64,000 nucleotides of DNA from a virus. Below are positions 19,618-30,562 of the stretch, in pieces. The position numbers and the translations under genes were made by a program. The stretch is from IMG/VR virus record IMGVR_UViG_3300013104_000002, positions 82,491 to 146,490 of that record; one strand, given 5' to 3'. Numbering within the stretch: position 1 is the first letter of the stretch; the number at the start of each line of letters is the position of its first letter. The notes under the pieces are model-generated. The model saw only the letters and a program-made list of their open reading frames with translations, made no database searches and was not told where the DNA came from.

Positions 19618-20366
19618 TGAGTAAAACTAAAATTAAAGAAAATAAAACATATTCTACTATATCTTCGGGAACATTTATCGTTACTAAGTATATAGATTGC
19701 TTTAATATAGAAATCTTATTTGAAAATGGTTATAAAACAAAAGTTACGACTTCACAAATAGGAAAAGGAATAATAGGAAACCCTTACTATCCAAAAATTT
19801 GCAATGTAGGTTTTATAGGAGAGGGAAAATACAACTCTACAAACAGTAGGAAAATATATAAGACTTGGTCTTCAATGATTGAGAGAGTATATGGTAAAAA
19901 TCTTCCAACATACAAAGATGTAACTGTTTGCGAAGAATGGCATAACTTTCAAAACTTTGCCAAATGGTTTGAAGAAAATTATAACTATGAAACTATGAAA
20001 GATTGGTATTTAGATAAAGATTTGTTATCAGAAAAAACAAAAATATATTCTTCCGATACTTGCTGTTTTTTGCCACCCGCTATTAATTCACTTATAGGTT
20101 TTATACATTCAGATTTAACTATCAAAGAGTTAAAAAATAGATATTATATAAGAGTTATGGTGGATGGTAATAGAAGGTCATTTGGAGGTTTTTCAACAAA
20201 AGAAGAAGCTTTTGAAAGATACTTAACTGAAAGGAAATTACAAGCGTCAATTATTTTAGATAAGTATAAACAGTATCTTAGTAAGGTGATTTTAAAAAAG
20301 TTAAATAGTTTGGCAGATAATATAGATAAGAAAGTACACATTAAAATAATTAAGGACAATTTATAA
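19617..20366 (+). CDS. HNH-type homing endonuclease with AP2-like domain
   Basis: Y-x-x-W-x-x-M-x-x-R, VCEEWHNFQNF, LDKD, YS-x-DTCCFLP-x-x-IN; C-terminal G-x-F-x-T-x-EEA. Confidence 0.8.
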   Translation: MSKTKIKENKTYSTISSGTFIVTKYIDCFNIEILFENGYKTKVTTSQIGKGIIGNPYYPKICNVGFIGEGKYNSTNSRKIYKTWSSMIERVYGKNLPTYKDVTVCEEWHNFQNFAKWFEENYNYETMKDWYLDKDLLSEKTKIYSSDTCCFLPPAINSLIGFIHSDLTIKELKNRYYIRVMVDGNRRSFGGFSTKEEAFERYLTERKLQASIILDKYKQYLSKVILKKLNSLADNIDKKVHIKIIKDNL

Positions 20367-20369
20367 AAG

Positions 20370-21122
20370 ATGATTAAAACAAATTTTACTTACACAGATA
20401 CAGAAGATTACAAAACATGGATTAGTTTTTATCCAAAAAGAAATAAAGGAACAGGATTTTATTTATGTTATGAAAATAATGGATATTTTGATCCTAGACC
20501 TCAAATAAATACTAACGTAACAACTCTGGTAAGTCTAGTATTGCCATTTATCAGTTTATGGCTGATACCAATTACGATTATCTTATGGTTTTATTCTTGG
20601 GGAAGTCTGTATATTCATTTACCTTACGATACAGGTAGAAATAATACAGCAGAATCTAAAACTTATGGTTTGATGTTTTATCATATAGATTCTGGATTTC
20701 CTAATCAAATGTGGTTTAGACATTGGAAATCTTTTGACTTTCCTTGGGCTTATAAATTCCACAAAAGAGAAGTGTTACACAAAGATGGTTGGTACACAGA
20801 ACAAAAAGGAGATAATTTATGGGACAAAGAATTTTGGAAAGATCATCTTGTTGTAAATACATACCCTTATACTTACACTCTAAAATCTGGTGAAAAACAA
20901 AATACAACAGCCGAAATTTACGAAGAAAAAAGAACTTGGAAAAGATGGTTTGGATTATCTAAAATGACAAGACATTATATAGAAGTAGAATTCAAGGATG
21001 AATTAGGTGAAAGAGCAGGTAGCTGGAAGGGAGGCGTTATTTCAACAAGCCATTCGCTGAATAAAAATGAAACAGCTTTAGAATGTCTAAGAAGAATGGA
21101 AAATGAGAGAAAGTTTAATTAA
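20370..21122 (+). CDS. hypothetical protein with one TM segment
   Basis: 250-aa Trp-rich ORF. Confidence 0.65.
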   Translation: MIKTNFTYTDTEDYKTWISFYPKRNKGTGFYLCYENNGYFDPRPQINTNVTTLVSLVLPFISLWLIPITIILWFYSWGSLYIHLPYDTGRNNTAESKTYGLMFYHIDSGFPNQMWFRHWKSFDFPWAYKFHKREVLHKDGWYTEQKGDNLWDKEFWKDHLVVNTYPYTYTLKSGEKQNTTAEIYEEKRTWKRWFGLSKMTRHYIEVEFKDELGERAGSWKGGVISTSHSLNKNETALECLRRMENERKFN

Positions 21123-21699
21123 GCCTTTTTAAGACAAGAAAATAACATTAGGTATATCTAACTATCAAAAATATAAAACAATCTCTTAAAATGAAAGAAA
21201 TAATAGAAAAATTAAATAATGAGAATATAAAGCAACACTCATATGATTGGGAGGAAGACTTACCTGAAGAATTTTTGCAGTATTTTGAAAATGCAGAGTG
21301 TGTTGACTCAGAATTATATGTAGATAAACATAGATGGTATGAAACTTCAACTTCGGTTTATAAAATTGAAGATAAATTTATAGGAGTAGATGCAGTTACA
21401 GACGTATTTTCAGAGCAGATGGGTTATAGTGATTGCTATCATACTTTGTATTTCTTTGAAATGGAAGAGTTTATTACAACTTCTTACAAAATAAAGAAAT
21501 AATGACAAGAAAGGACTATCTAGAACTAAAACATAAACATGGTTCACGACATTTTGAGTTGTGTTATGAAGTATATTTAGAAGAAGCGCGCGGAAATAAA
21601 ATAGATAAAGATAATTTTGATCATTTATTTAGTATGTTTGTTAATATTACAGGTGGAATGCAAAGAATCATAACATTTCTGGACGAAAAATATAAGTAA

Positions 21700-22317
21700 A
21701 TGAAGAAAATTATACTCCATCTTTGTGCAGATTTAGGATCTGATAGTTATTTCTATCAAAAAGACGATAGTTACCAAGTTATAATGATTGGAGAGGACAT
21801 AGGAGTTGAGAATTACAACCCTCCTCAGAATGTTTACGGCGTTATAGCTAATCCAGTTTGTACTGAGTTATCAACAGCGAAAGGTTTCCATAAAGAAAAT
21901 GATTTAGAAAAAGGTATGTTTCTAGTTAATCATTGTCTAAGAATTATTAAAGAAGCCAAGCCTAAATGGTGGTTATTAGAAAATCCTGCAAATGGGAGAC
22001 TTAAAGATATATTAGGAAAACCTAAGTTTATTTACCAACCTTGGGAATATGGGAGTCCTTGGACAAAAAGGACAGGATTATGGGGAGAATTTAATATGCC
22101 TGAAAAACTCTATAATAAATGGGAATCAGTTCCTAAGAACGATAAAATATATGTACGACCAGGAAGACCTAAGCCAGCATTAGCTTTTTTACATAAATCA
22201 GCTATAGAAAATATACCAGAGTTTGAGCCTTTCAAAGAGTTTATTAAAAACGATGCAGATTTTAGATCACTATGTTCACAAGGATTTGCAAAAGAATTCT
22301 ATAAAAATAATAAATAA
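21700..22317 (+). CDS. DNA cytosine-5 methyltransferase-like protein
   Basis: Motif I variant ILHLCADLGS, motif IV ANPVCTELS, motif VI LENP, Q-P-x-x-YG...K-x-T-x-LWG. Confidence 0.7.
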   Translation: MKKIILHLCADLGSDSYFYQKDDSYQVIMIGEDIGVENYNPPQNVYGVIANPVCTELSTAKGFHKENDLEKGMFLVNHCLRIIKEAKPKWWLLENPANGRLKDILGKPKFIYQPWEYGSPWTKRTGLWGEFNMPEKLYNKWESVPKNDKIYVRPGRPKPALAFLHKSAIENIPEFEPFKEFIKNDADFRSLCSQGFAKEFYKNNK

Positions 22318-23437
22318 TGAAAATAGTACAGAATAAATTCACTTATAATCAAGAGACAGAAGAATGGATTTCTAATAAAACTTATTTAGGTTTAGGAACT
22401 GGAGATGATAAAAAACTCATAATTTATTTTGGAGACAAGGTCACTCTTATTTACTGGAGAGAAAAAAGAGGGTATGAAACCACCATTTTTCAAGGAAGAG
22501 AGATTGAAGAGTCAGAATTAGAAAAACTTTTTAATTTATTAGGAATAGAATGGAATATTTAGCACAACAAATTATAGAGGACTTTGAAGAGAATTATCCT
22601 ATTCCAACCTCATTATCTGATTGAAGAAGACAAGTCAGAAGAAATCTTATTATACATAACAGCCAAAAAATATATACAAAGACACGTATGAAAATAACAA
22701 AAACTAAAAAAGTAGAAACCATAACGGAAGAAATAGAAGTTTTAGACGGAACTTATTACTTTTCTTTAGGTTATAGAAATGAAGAACCTACATATTACTA
22801 TAAAGTTATTATAGATAGCGGTGATTGGGATGAAGGATTTGCCGATATCCATGTAACGAAAATAAAAGATGATTGGCAGGATTATTTTATTTCTCAAAAA
22901 ACATACTTTGAAAATGGATTAATATATGACATTGAAAACTATTTTAAAAAGGAAAATGAGTTTGATAATTGGTACGAAGATATCTCTGAAGAAGTTTTTA
23001 TTGGCGCAAAAGAAAGAGTAAAACAAAGATTATGTTAAGTAGGGAAGTAACTCGTAAAAATATCCAGGTAAAAGAAGACTCAGGGATACCGATAACAGAT
23101 TATATTCCACCTAAACCGATAAATAATATGACAGATAAAAGAATAGTGTTTGTACCAAAATATGAGCCTAGTTTTGAGACTAAAGAAAAATTAGATAAAC
23201 TAATGATAGACAAACAAGAAAGAATTAGATCTAAAGTGAAAGTCCTTTCAAATTTCTCACATGAGTTTATAAAAAGTGATGCTATGATTAATCCTATAGT
23301 TATACATTCTATGGAATTACTAAGACAAGGACAAGATGTTTATAAGGTTATGGAATTTATGACCAATGCATTTATAAAGAAAGATAAAGAACAATTCGAC
23401 TTAATCAAGCAATTAATTTCGGGAGAAAAGATAAATT

Positions 23438-23942
23438 ATGGGAACTTATAAAATGAATGGTAGACAAGTAAGTTACGGATCTTTTGAAGAACTCCAGGAA
23501 GTGTGTTCAACAGTGAGAAAGAAAATGTTTGAGTATATTACAGGTAAAATAGATGAACAACAATTTTTCACAATATATTGCGAATTAGAAGGATACCTTT
23601 TAGAGCATGGCTATACTAATGAAGAGTTTGATTACGATCTACCTGATTATGAACCGTTTTTAAATAGGGCGAAAAATTAGACACACAAGAACATTTACAA
23701 AAGAAGATATCGAAGATCTAGGATTCGAATATTTAAGAAAAGAAGGTGATAAAACCGTATACCTAAATAAAAATGGAAAAGATGAATGTATTTATTTTAA
23801 AGATGTTGTAGAAAACAATTACGGTAAATATGTAGCTATTGAAAATAATTGCGGGGATTTTTATTTTAAAGGTTGGATTACAGATAAAAATGCACTGAAA
23901 TTAATTTTAAAACAAATAGGAGTTTATACAATTTCGGGCTAA
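23438..23942 (+). pseudogene. hypothetical gene split by an apparent frameshift
   Basis: ORF stops at 23680; deleting one A of the A5 run (23672-23676) joins an ATG-less frame (IRHTRTFTKEDIEDLGF...) ending at TAA 23940-23942. Confidence 0.55.
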
Positions 23943-23946
23943 AAGA

Positions 23947-23976
23947 AAACCCTCTAAGTTAATTCTTGGAGGGTTT
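23947..23976. terminator. bidirectional terminator between convergent units
   Basis: AAACCCTCTAAG-TTAATT-CTTGGAGGGTTT. Confidence 0.75.
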
Positions 23977-23982
23977 ATTATT

Positions 23983-25209
23983 TTAAGTAAACTGTGTAAA
24001 CCATTTATCTGTTATATAATTATTTTCATCTATGAAAGTATCCACCATAGAATTTTTCATGGAATATAATAGATTTAGATGTTCTAATAGCTCTGTTTTT
24101 GTGTATAGTTTTTCTACTTGTTTTGCGGATTTTGTTTTTAGATATTCTGTGTAAGGTAGGAACACTTTATATTTCCACTTACATTCTGAATGATTTTGGT
24201 TTATATTGTTTGGATTCACTTCTCTTCCTGTGGAATTTATTAGTTGGTGTTTAACATCTAAAGTTTCAACTTGTAAATTTCCCGCCAAAAAAGATAATAC
24301 AGAAGAATCAATTTTCTGAACACCTAATTGTTTATCTGAAGACATAATAACTTTTTGACACAAAATGTTCAAGTTAATTGTAGAAAATCTTTTAAACAAA
24401 ACTTCTCCATTACACACCCAATCACCATTTAAAATTTTTTCTTTTGGATCCGTTATATAAATCTCTCCGTTAATTCTGTGTATGTTTTTCATATTTATTT
24501 TATATTTTCTGTTGGGTAAGCATTGATAATAGACTCTTTGTTAACTTTCCACATTTGGCGTGTTCCAAGTATATCATAGGATTCTCCAAGTTCTACTAGT
24601 TTATACTTAGACCCTTTTCTATCTGGTCTTACAAATAAATCAATTCTGTTTGTCTTACTAGCTTCTGATAAAGCTTGTTCTACGTGATATTTTGCAAATT
24701 CAATCATTGCTTTTTGCACTCCCTCCATTTGAGAAGTATCTCCATATTTACCAAAGACTTCATCTAACTTATCTAATAAGTAATTTTCTGCTGTCATATT
24801 TATTTGTTTTTATATTTTTATTTCGCGCGAAAAAGAATTAAACAGGAGGAACTAACTGCAATCCTTCAAATAATCCAGCTTCTAAAGCATCTTCATAAGT
24901 ATCGTACTCAATATTAAAATTAGGATTGCTGCCATTTTCACCAGTTTTTAAAATACTAACTAGGTATTTACTATTATATGGTAGAATTTGTATATGGATA
25001 TCATGGACTTCTCTAAGCCAACGTTGTAATAAAGATTGTGTTGGTGCCGAATACAACTCATCTTCAAAAAACTGTTCGGGATCAGAATAAAAGGGTAATT
25101 CTGGTTCAAACTTACCAAACTGATTATAACAACCATATCCTTTGACTAGAATGAGACCTTTTTCTTGTGCTAACTTAGCTGTTTCAAATTTTATTTTTTC
25201 TTCTTCCAT
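23983..25209 (-). CDS. three hypothetical proteins (23983..24492, 24495..24797, 24838..25209)
   Basis: Contiguous minus-strand ORFs downstream of the promoter at 25228-25259. Confidence 0.7.
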
Positions 25210-25227
25210 AATTTAATTTTTAAAACA

Positions 25228-25259
25228 CAAATATACAACATTAAAATAATATACACAAC
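25228..25259 (-). promoter_or_regulatory. Bacteroidota primary-sigma promoter
   Basis: Minus strand TTG...TATATTTG (plus strand CAAATATA 25228-25235). Confidence 0.65.
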
Positions 25260-25338
25260 AAAAAGTCCAAGAAAATACCCCACCTTATTAAAAAGGATAC
25301 CCCCCTGTTTATTAAAACCAAAAAAGTCGGTAGAAAAA

Positions 25339-25369
25339 TTGGAAATAAGAAATAATAATCGTATATTTG
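25339..25369 (+). promoter_or_regulatory. promoter of the Panacea gene
   Basis: TTG 25339-25341, TATATTTG 25362-25369; ATG follows 4 nt after the box, so the mRNA is near-leaderless. Confidence 0.6.
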
Positions 25370-25373
25370 TCAC

Positions 25374-25934
25374 ATGGATAAAATAAAAGCATTTGAGTAT
25401 TTAATTCTAAAATTAGTAGAATGGTACGGAGATAATAATGACATGGGAACTCTTAAGAGCCTAAAACTTCTTTGGTTTGTATCAGTTGTTGAAGCAAATA
25501 AAGATTCTAAAGATAGTTTAATTGATAAAGTATTTGATAATTTTCATGCAATGCCTTATGGACATGTTGAAAAGGATATTTATGAAGCAATCCGTGGCAA
25601 AAAAATAAAAAACATAGAGCTGAAAAGTAATACCGCCAATATATTAAATAAGGATAGAATATTAGAAACCGATAAAGAGATTAGAGAATTAATAGATAAG
25701 AGTATTGAAAAATTTAAAATATTAGCTCCTGAATATATAAACCTACTTTCGTTTGATCTGGTTATTTTAAGTCAAAGATGGTATTCATGGAAGTATTACT
25801 ATAAAAAAGCCAGACAAAAAGATAAGTTCTCAGAGAAAATACCAAATGAAATAATAAAAAACGAATTCAAATACTATGAGACTTATAACGAAAATGTTAT
25901 TTACAGACTTCTGTGTGGGAGGACTATACCATAA
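25374..25934 (+). CDS. Panacea/SocA (DUF4065) antitoxin-domain protein
   Basis: LK-x-LKLL-x-F, F-x-AMPYG-x-V-x-x-x-IY, S-x-x-LV-x-x-S-x-x-x-x-x-W. Confidence 0.75.
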   Translation: MDKIKAFEYLILKLVEWYGDNNDMGTLKSLKLLWFVSVVEANKDSKDSLIDKVFDNFHAMPYGHVEKDIYEAIRGKKIKNIELKSNTANILNKDRILETDKEIRELIDKSIEKFKILAPEYINLLSFDLVILSQRWYSWKYYYKKARQKDKFSEKIPNEIIKNEFKYYETYNENVIYRLLCGRTIP

Positions 25935-26719
25935 CTCTCCAATCAGCCAGGCACTTTTTCCCTCCATACCCACCTTAGTATTGTTTCGGTTTTATCTGTC
26001 CTTAGAAAGCCGATTTTTACTTTTCGTTTCCAGATTTATTTTTAGTTGTTAGTTACTTTTATTTTGTTTCTTAGTTACTTGCTTAGTTACTTTTTATCTG
26101 TTTTTATATTGTTTTTCGCAGAATTTTTTAGCTCCTGTTTATTTTATATTTTCATTAGTATAATTTAAATAGGATTTTTTGTTTTTATAATCAAATTGTT
26201 TTTGCCCGAAATTATAATATATGAACGCATGTGCGCGTACAATACGAAATTCTTTTTTAATATCCTAGTGTTTTTTATTTTTTATTAAGTTATTTTCGCC
26301 GTTTCTTTGTAGTGTTGAAAGGGTAGTGGGTTACTAACCAACTAAACAAAGTTCTTATAAGTAAAAGATTTTTAATAAACAAATTTATTTTTAATTATTT
26401 TTGTTTTATCTTTACAAAAGAATTAAGGATTACAAGTTATTTGACATATTGACAAGCGGTGTTACAAGTATCATATAAAGCTACTATTAATTTAGAAAGT
26501 GATTGCAGGGTGCGAACAAAGGTACACGCTTAATTTATCGGATTAAAACAATACTCTATTTATTAGAGAATCATATAAACATATATTAATGGCTTAATGT
26601 AAAGCCTTTTCTTATTCTTTTTTGTCGGCGAAATGCGGGAAAAGAAAACAAAGCCCTTGCAATTTAGTTGTAGCATCGAAGCAACGAGGGCGCAATTAAC
26701 AATTTAAAACAAAAACATT
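25935..26719. other. long non-coding region; candidate genome terminus/origin and early control region
   Basis: ~780 bp with no ORF, strong T skew, TTAGTTACTT x3 (26049, 26071, 26083), transcription diverges around it. Confidence 0.5.
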
Positions 26720-28566
26720 ATGTTAGATATTATAGTAATTCCAGCAAAAAGATTTTATTATTTACATTTAGAAGGTAATAAATACAGATTATTAGAGGAT
26801 ACAGGTAAAACAATCAATAAACATAGAATTATGTTAAACGTTGGCTATCCTAATGTAAAGACTTTTATAAAACAAAGTCAGGTTAATACTTTAAGTAATT
26901 GTGAAAGGTTATTCGAAGCTACTTTTAACAGACTACCAATTGACGAAAAAGGTTATCATATTGGAAAGTTTCACAAATTAGACAACATTGATTTTTTTGA
27001 AATGTTAGAAACTAAAAGAAAGTTATTATGCAAGAATTAGAAAACTTTTTATTTTTTATATCAATTATAGGCGGTTTAATTATCGCCTTTTGTGTATTCT
27101 TATATTATAAATCTAAAGACTAATTTCGGCAAAAAAGAAATAAAACAATGAAACTAACAGACAAAACACAAGTAATAATAGGTTTAACTATACTTATTAT
27201 AACAATAATAGCAGGATTTATTTCTTTGCTTTATGTAATTGAATTATTAACATCTAAATTTTAGTATTATGGAAGCAATAATATATGGAGTATTAAACAG
27301 TGAATTATGTTTAATAGACACTTCAAAAACTGAAAGAGGTGCAAAACAATACGCAACAAGAAACGGTTATAATTTAATCGGTTTTAGGATTGGTTACAAT
27401 GCTTTTATTTTAGCCGAAAAAATCAACGGTAAATGGGAGCATAAAGATACTGCCTATACAGCTAATATAGTTAACAACTAAAAACATTTTTTATGATACG
27501 AGAATTTATAATAGTAATAATAGGCTGTATTTTAGGCGTTTTTTCTATGACTTATTTTGCTTATAATGAGGGGCAAAAGAATAAAGAAAAGGAAATTATT
27601 AAAAGAGCATTACAAATAAATAAAGACTGCTACAATCAAACAGATTTAGATATAATAATTTTTAACGAATCACAATTATGAAAACATTAGATATAAACGC
27701 AAAGACTTGGTTTGACAAAGTAAACGGTAATAGTTATTTTAGTGCCGTTATTACAATAGATTACGGAACGCCCGAACAAAAAGAAATTAAATTGCCTTTC
27801 CAATATGGTTATGGTTCACAATATGAAAGTGAAGCAAAAGCCGTATTAACTGAACATAATTATATAAGTCCTTCTTATGGGCAAAATTTATATACTTATT
27901 GTTTAGAGAATAATATAATACTACGTTCAAATAATATTAAAAACTGCCGTAAAAAAGATTTAAAACATGAAAATAACTAAACACCAAACCAAAGAATTAA
28001 CTTACTATGAATGTGAACCAATTAAAGGCTATCATTTATTTGCTTTCTCTTTTATTGCACTTTTAAGAGATTTATTTATTGTATATAAACTAACTATGTT
28101 TAACCCTAAAACAATCAAGAACTAATGACATTTCTAAAATCACAAAGTACACTTGCATACAGGCTACTAAAGAACGAAAAAACAAAGCTTTATTATATTC
28201 GCCGTATAAAAGATAAAAAGACAGTTTTAATAGGCGACAACGACAAAGCAGAGCCGTTTATTTTATATGGTTTGGCGGAAAATAAAGAAGAAATAAAAGA
28301 ATTATTTAAAAATTAAATACAATGGAAAACGAAATAGTATTTGAAGATTGTGATACACCAACAACAATTGCTAAAAAGACGGTTGATATTTTTGTTGGCA
28401 CTAATGAACTAAAGCCACGACTTAAAAAGTTAGGGATTGATTACGTGAGAGTTCAGCGAGGTTTGAAAGTAGTTTATATTTTGCGGGGGAAACAAATAGG
28501 AAAATTAGAAATAACTTTATAAAAAAGATTATATTTGTATAGCAAACATTTAAAAACAAAAAAGAC

Positions 28567-28899
28567 ATGAAAGCAAAAATAAAAGCATTAGCAAATTTCT
28601 TAGATTGTAAAAAGAAAGAAATTGAACAAGGTTACAACGAAAACACCTTCGAACATGAAGGAGAAGAGTATCTTGTTGTTACAGATAGCGAAGCAGACGA
28701 TCTTTGGGAAGAGGATTTAGATAACTACATTGAAGAGTTTATTTACCCTCAATTTAAAGAAATAGGTTTACAGGAAAGATATTTTGACGAAGAGGCTTGG
28801 AAAAATGATGCAAAATATGATGGTCGAGCACATTCTCTGGCTCGATATGATGGTAACGAATACGAACAAGACGGATTTTATATTTATAGAACCAATTAA
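28567..28899 (+). CDS. acidic protein, ArdA-like C-terminal motif (candidate DNA mimic)
   Basis: Very D/E-rich; YFDEEAW-x-x-D...G-x-x-x-E-x-DG-x-YIY. Confidence 0.35.
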   Translation: MKAKIKALANFLDCKKKEIEQGYNENTFEHEGEEYLVVTDSEADDLWEEDLDNYIEEFIYPQFKEIGLQERYFDEEAWKNDAKYDGRAHSLARYDGNEYEQDGFYIYRTN

Positions 28900-30304
28900 C
28901 ATGCAACTACAAACCAAAATCGATTTAGAAACTAAATATAGGTTTATTTTTCGGCAAAATAAAATAACAAAAGCTGATATAAAAACCGCAAACAAAATAT
29001 TAATACAGTTAAAAAATATAAAGTCATGAACTGGAAACAAAAAATAAAAGCCTATTTAAGAAAAGGGAATATCGAAAGGGCGCAAAAAGATAAACAGGAA
29101 AGAGTCAAACAAATCTTAGACTTAATAAAAAAAGACAAAGACCCAAAAGAACAAATAAAGACTTTAGAGAGAGTAACAGAACGTTACAACCTCTACTTAT
29201 CAGATTATAAAAACAACGCCTTAAAAGAACTACAGACAGTTAAATACAGGGTTGAAAGTGAGGTCGATGTTATCGAATGTTATTTGGGCGGTAAAACAAT
29301 TTAAAAATAAAGATTATGAAACCATTTGATGAATTAGTAGAAGAAACAGTAAAAAGCCTTATTAATGGAAATACAGAAAACATTTTAAGTGATGATGTAT
29401 TTAAGGCAGTACAGAAAAGATTAAGAGAAATTAAAACTAATTGTACTCTAGTTTTAAAGCAAATGAAAGAATCAAAATAATTTAAAACTTATATTATGAA
29501 AACTAATAAATACACTATGTATTCCAGATGATACTTATTTAAAAACTGTATCTAATAATTTACAAGTCATTAAGGAATATTCTTTTTTTGATTGCACTGT
29601 TTCTTAATCACTAACATCTGAACTAAATATAAAATCATTTAACTTAATAGTTTTTATCATGCAAACACAAATAGACAATACAGAAAATAATATATTAATA
29701 GCAAAGTTCTTAGGCTGGAAAGAACAAACAGACCCAACAAGAAGATGGTTTACACAGTTCTTTAATGAGTATGGAGAGCGAAAAGGAGGAACAAACAAAG
29801 AACCTTTATTATTTCATTCTGATTGGAACTGGCTTATGTTAGCAGTAGAAAAGATAAACAGCTTTGAAAGTGGTCGTTTTACCGTTCAAATTAATTCAAT
29901 GGATACTTATATCCACGATTTAGTAAAAGGAGGTTATATTTTTCAATCTGAGTGTAAATGGCAAACTTATGAGCTTATTAATTCAGTTTATGAAGCAGTA
30001 ATAGAGTTTATAAAATGGTATAACGAACAACAAAAGGCGGGATAAAAGAATAAAACAGAAATTACTATGACAACAGACCAAATAAAAGAAAAGCTTTGCG
30101 AATATGATGAACGCAATCCAAACTACAATAAAGACTATCCTAAAGTAAAAGAAGAATGCTACTGCGATAACTGTTTCTATGGGGGACATTATTTAGCAGA
30201 AGAATTATTAAAAGTCATTGCAGAACTCGAAAAAGAAAAAGAAGATTTTAAAATTCTTGAAAAATGCTATCTTGGTATTGAATAATTTTCTATATTTGCA
30301 CCTT

Positions 30305-30562
30305 AAATCAATGTTTAACGGCAAAAAAACTTATTAAATGGGTTATATAGCAAGAGAAATAAGGACAAATAAGGTATATTATAGTAAAGGAGCAAACAAA
30401 TTAGCGGATAAAATAGGCTGTAACTACTCAACTATAACAAAATACTTCTCTAAACAACAAAATAAAGGAACGGAAAAGGAAATAAAAGGCTTTATTATAT
30501 CTGAAACAATAGATTTAACTAACCAAAACCGAGGAAATAATATAAAAATCAATGTTTAACGG
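30305..30562 (+). repeat. 17-bp direct repeat flanking a small HTH gene
   Basis: AAATCAATGTTTAACGG at 30305-30321 and 30546-30562. Confidence 0.8.
30338..30559 (+). CDS. small HTH (NUMOD1-like) DNA-binding protein
   Basis: ANKLADKIGCNYSTITKY HTH pattern. Confidence 0.55.
   Translation: MGYIAREIRTNKVYYSKGANKLADKIGCNYSTITKYFSKQQNKGTEKEIKGFIISETIDLTNQNRGNNIKINV

Noticed and set aside
25191-25373. 60-aa hydrophobic minus-strand ORF as a toxin partner of the Panacea gene
   Set aside because: It overlaps two divergent promoters, and its hydrophobicity follows from the local base skew.
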